A DNA stretch of 63,317 nucleotides, counting the filler, from Rhabdomonas costata (lineage: Eukaryota), in the NCBI GenBank assembly GCA_019059605.1. It is 36 parts of 36 records of this genome, joined end to end, with 100 filler letters (N's around TTAATTAATTAA, not from the genome) between each part and the next. Parts side by side here need not be neighbours in the genome. Positions count along the whole stretch, not along the records: positions 61,657 to 63,317 come from JAHMHO010011125.1; 35 more parts are not named here. One strand, 5' to 3'. Under the pieces are notes generated by a model that was not told where the DNA came from, made no database searches, and saw only the letters and a list, made by a program, of their open reading frames with translations. The translations under genes were made by a program, and so were the position numbers. Shown in pieces: positions 63,058 to 63,317 of the stretch (positions are counted from its first letter, which is position 1; each line of letters opens with the position of its first letter).

Positions 63058-63317
63058 GTACCACGAATGTAATTGCACCGTGATTTCACTTCTTACTTTC
63101 CTTTTCTTTTTCAATCCCAATAGATTTTGGGGTCGCTTCCTGACATACTTTCACCGATTTGATAAAAAGGCCTTCAATAGCGTTGTGTGGGACAACGGTT
63201 TTGCTTTTGTGAATGTGGTGTTGTTTTTTGGAATGAAAAAAATAGTGGAAAATCGGCTGAAGATTGTGGAAGGGAGGGGTCACCACCTGGTGCTGAAGGC
63301 AATGACCACACCCCACA

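Noticed and set aside
1..63317. Euglenid non-conventional introns and spliced-leader sequence
   Set aside because: Every junction that protein conservation let me fix is GT-AG or possibly GC-AG, and I saw no spliced-leader match. Transcript data would be needed to detect others.

Overview
This window is not contiguous DNA. It is 36 unrelated, size-sorted contigs of about 1.66 kb, joined by 35 identical 100-nt artificial spacers (44 N + TTAATTAATTAA + 44 N), so adjacency across spacers has no biological meaning. Most contigs start with G/T-only and end with C/A-only tails, which suggests whole-genome amplification (WGA) with semi-degenerate primers. The DNA is from an intron-rich microbial eukaryote with mostly GT-AG introns and many (TG)n microsatellites. 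The gene content (wax-ester synthase, an intron-split bacterial-type class III cyclase, a hybrid histidine kinase, mevalonate and sterol genes) fits a euglenid-like protist, but that is an inference. Recognisable gene fragments: TSP1-domain protein, two LRR proteins, RING finger, phosphomevalonate kinase, exostosin-like glycosyltransferase, WS/DGAT, amino-acid transporter, protein kinase, adenylate/guanylate cyclase, ERG2, ADP-ribosylhydrolase-like protein, hybrid histidine kinase and an ARM-repeat protein. Mobile DNA includes a gag ORF, decayed Ty3/gypsy integrases, possible tyrosine-recombinase (YR) retroelement remnants, a small MITE-like family and a long fold-back repeat. I cannot support a multi-gene novel system here. 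The best leads are two apparent pseudoenzymes (ADP-ribosylhydrolase and histidine kinase) and the putative YR retroelements. All assignments come from motif recognition by eye, with no database searches.
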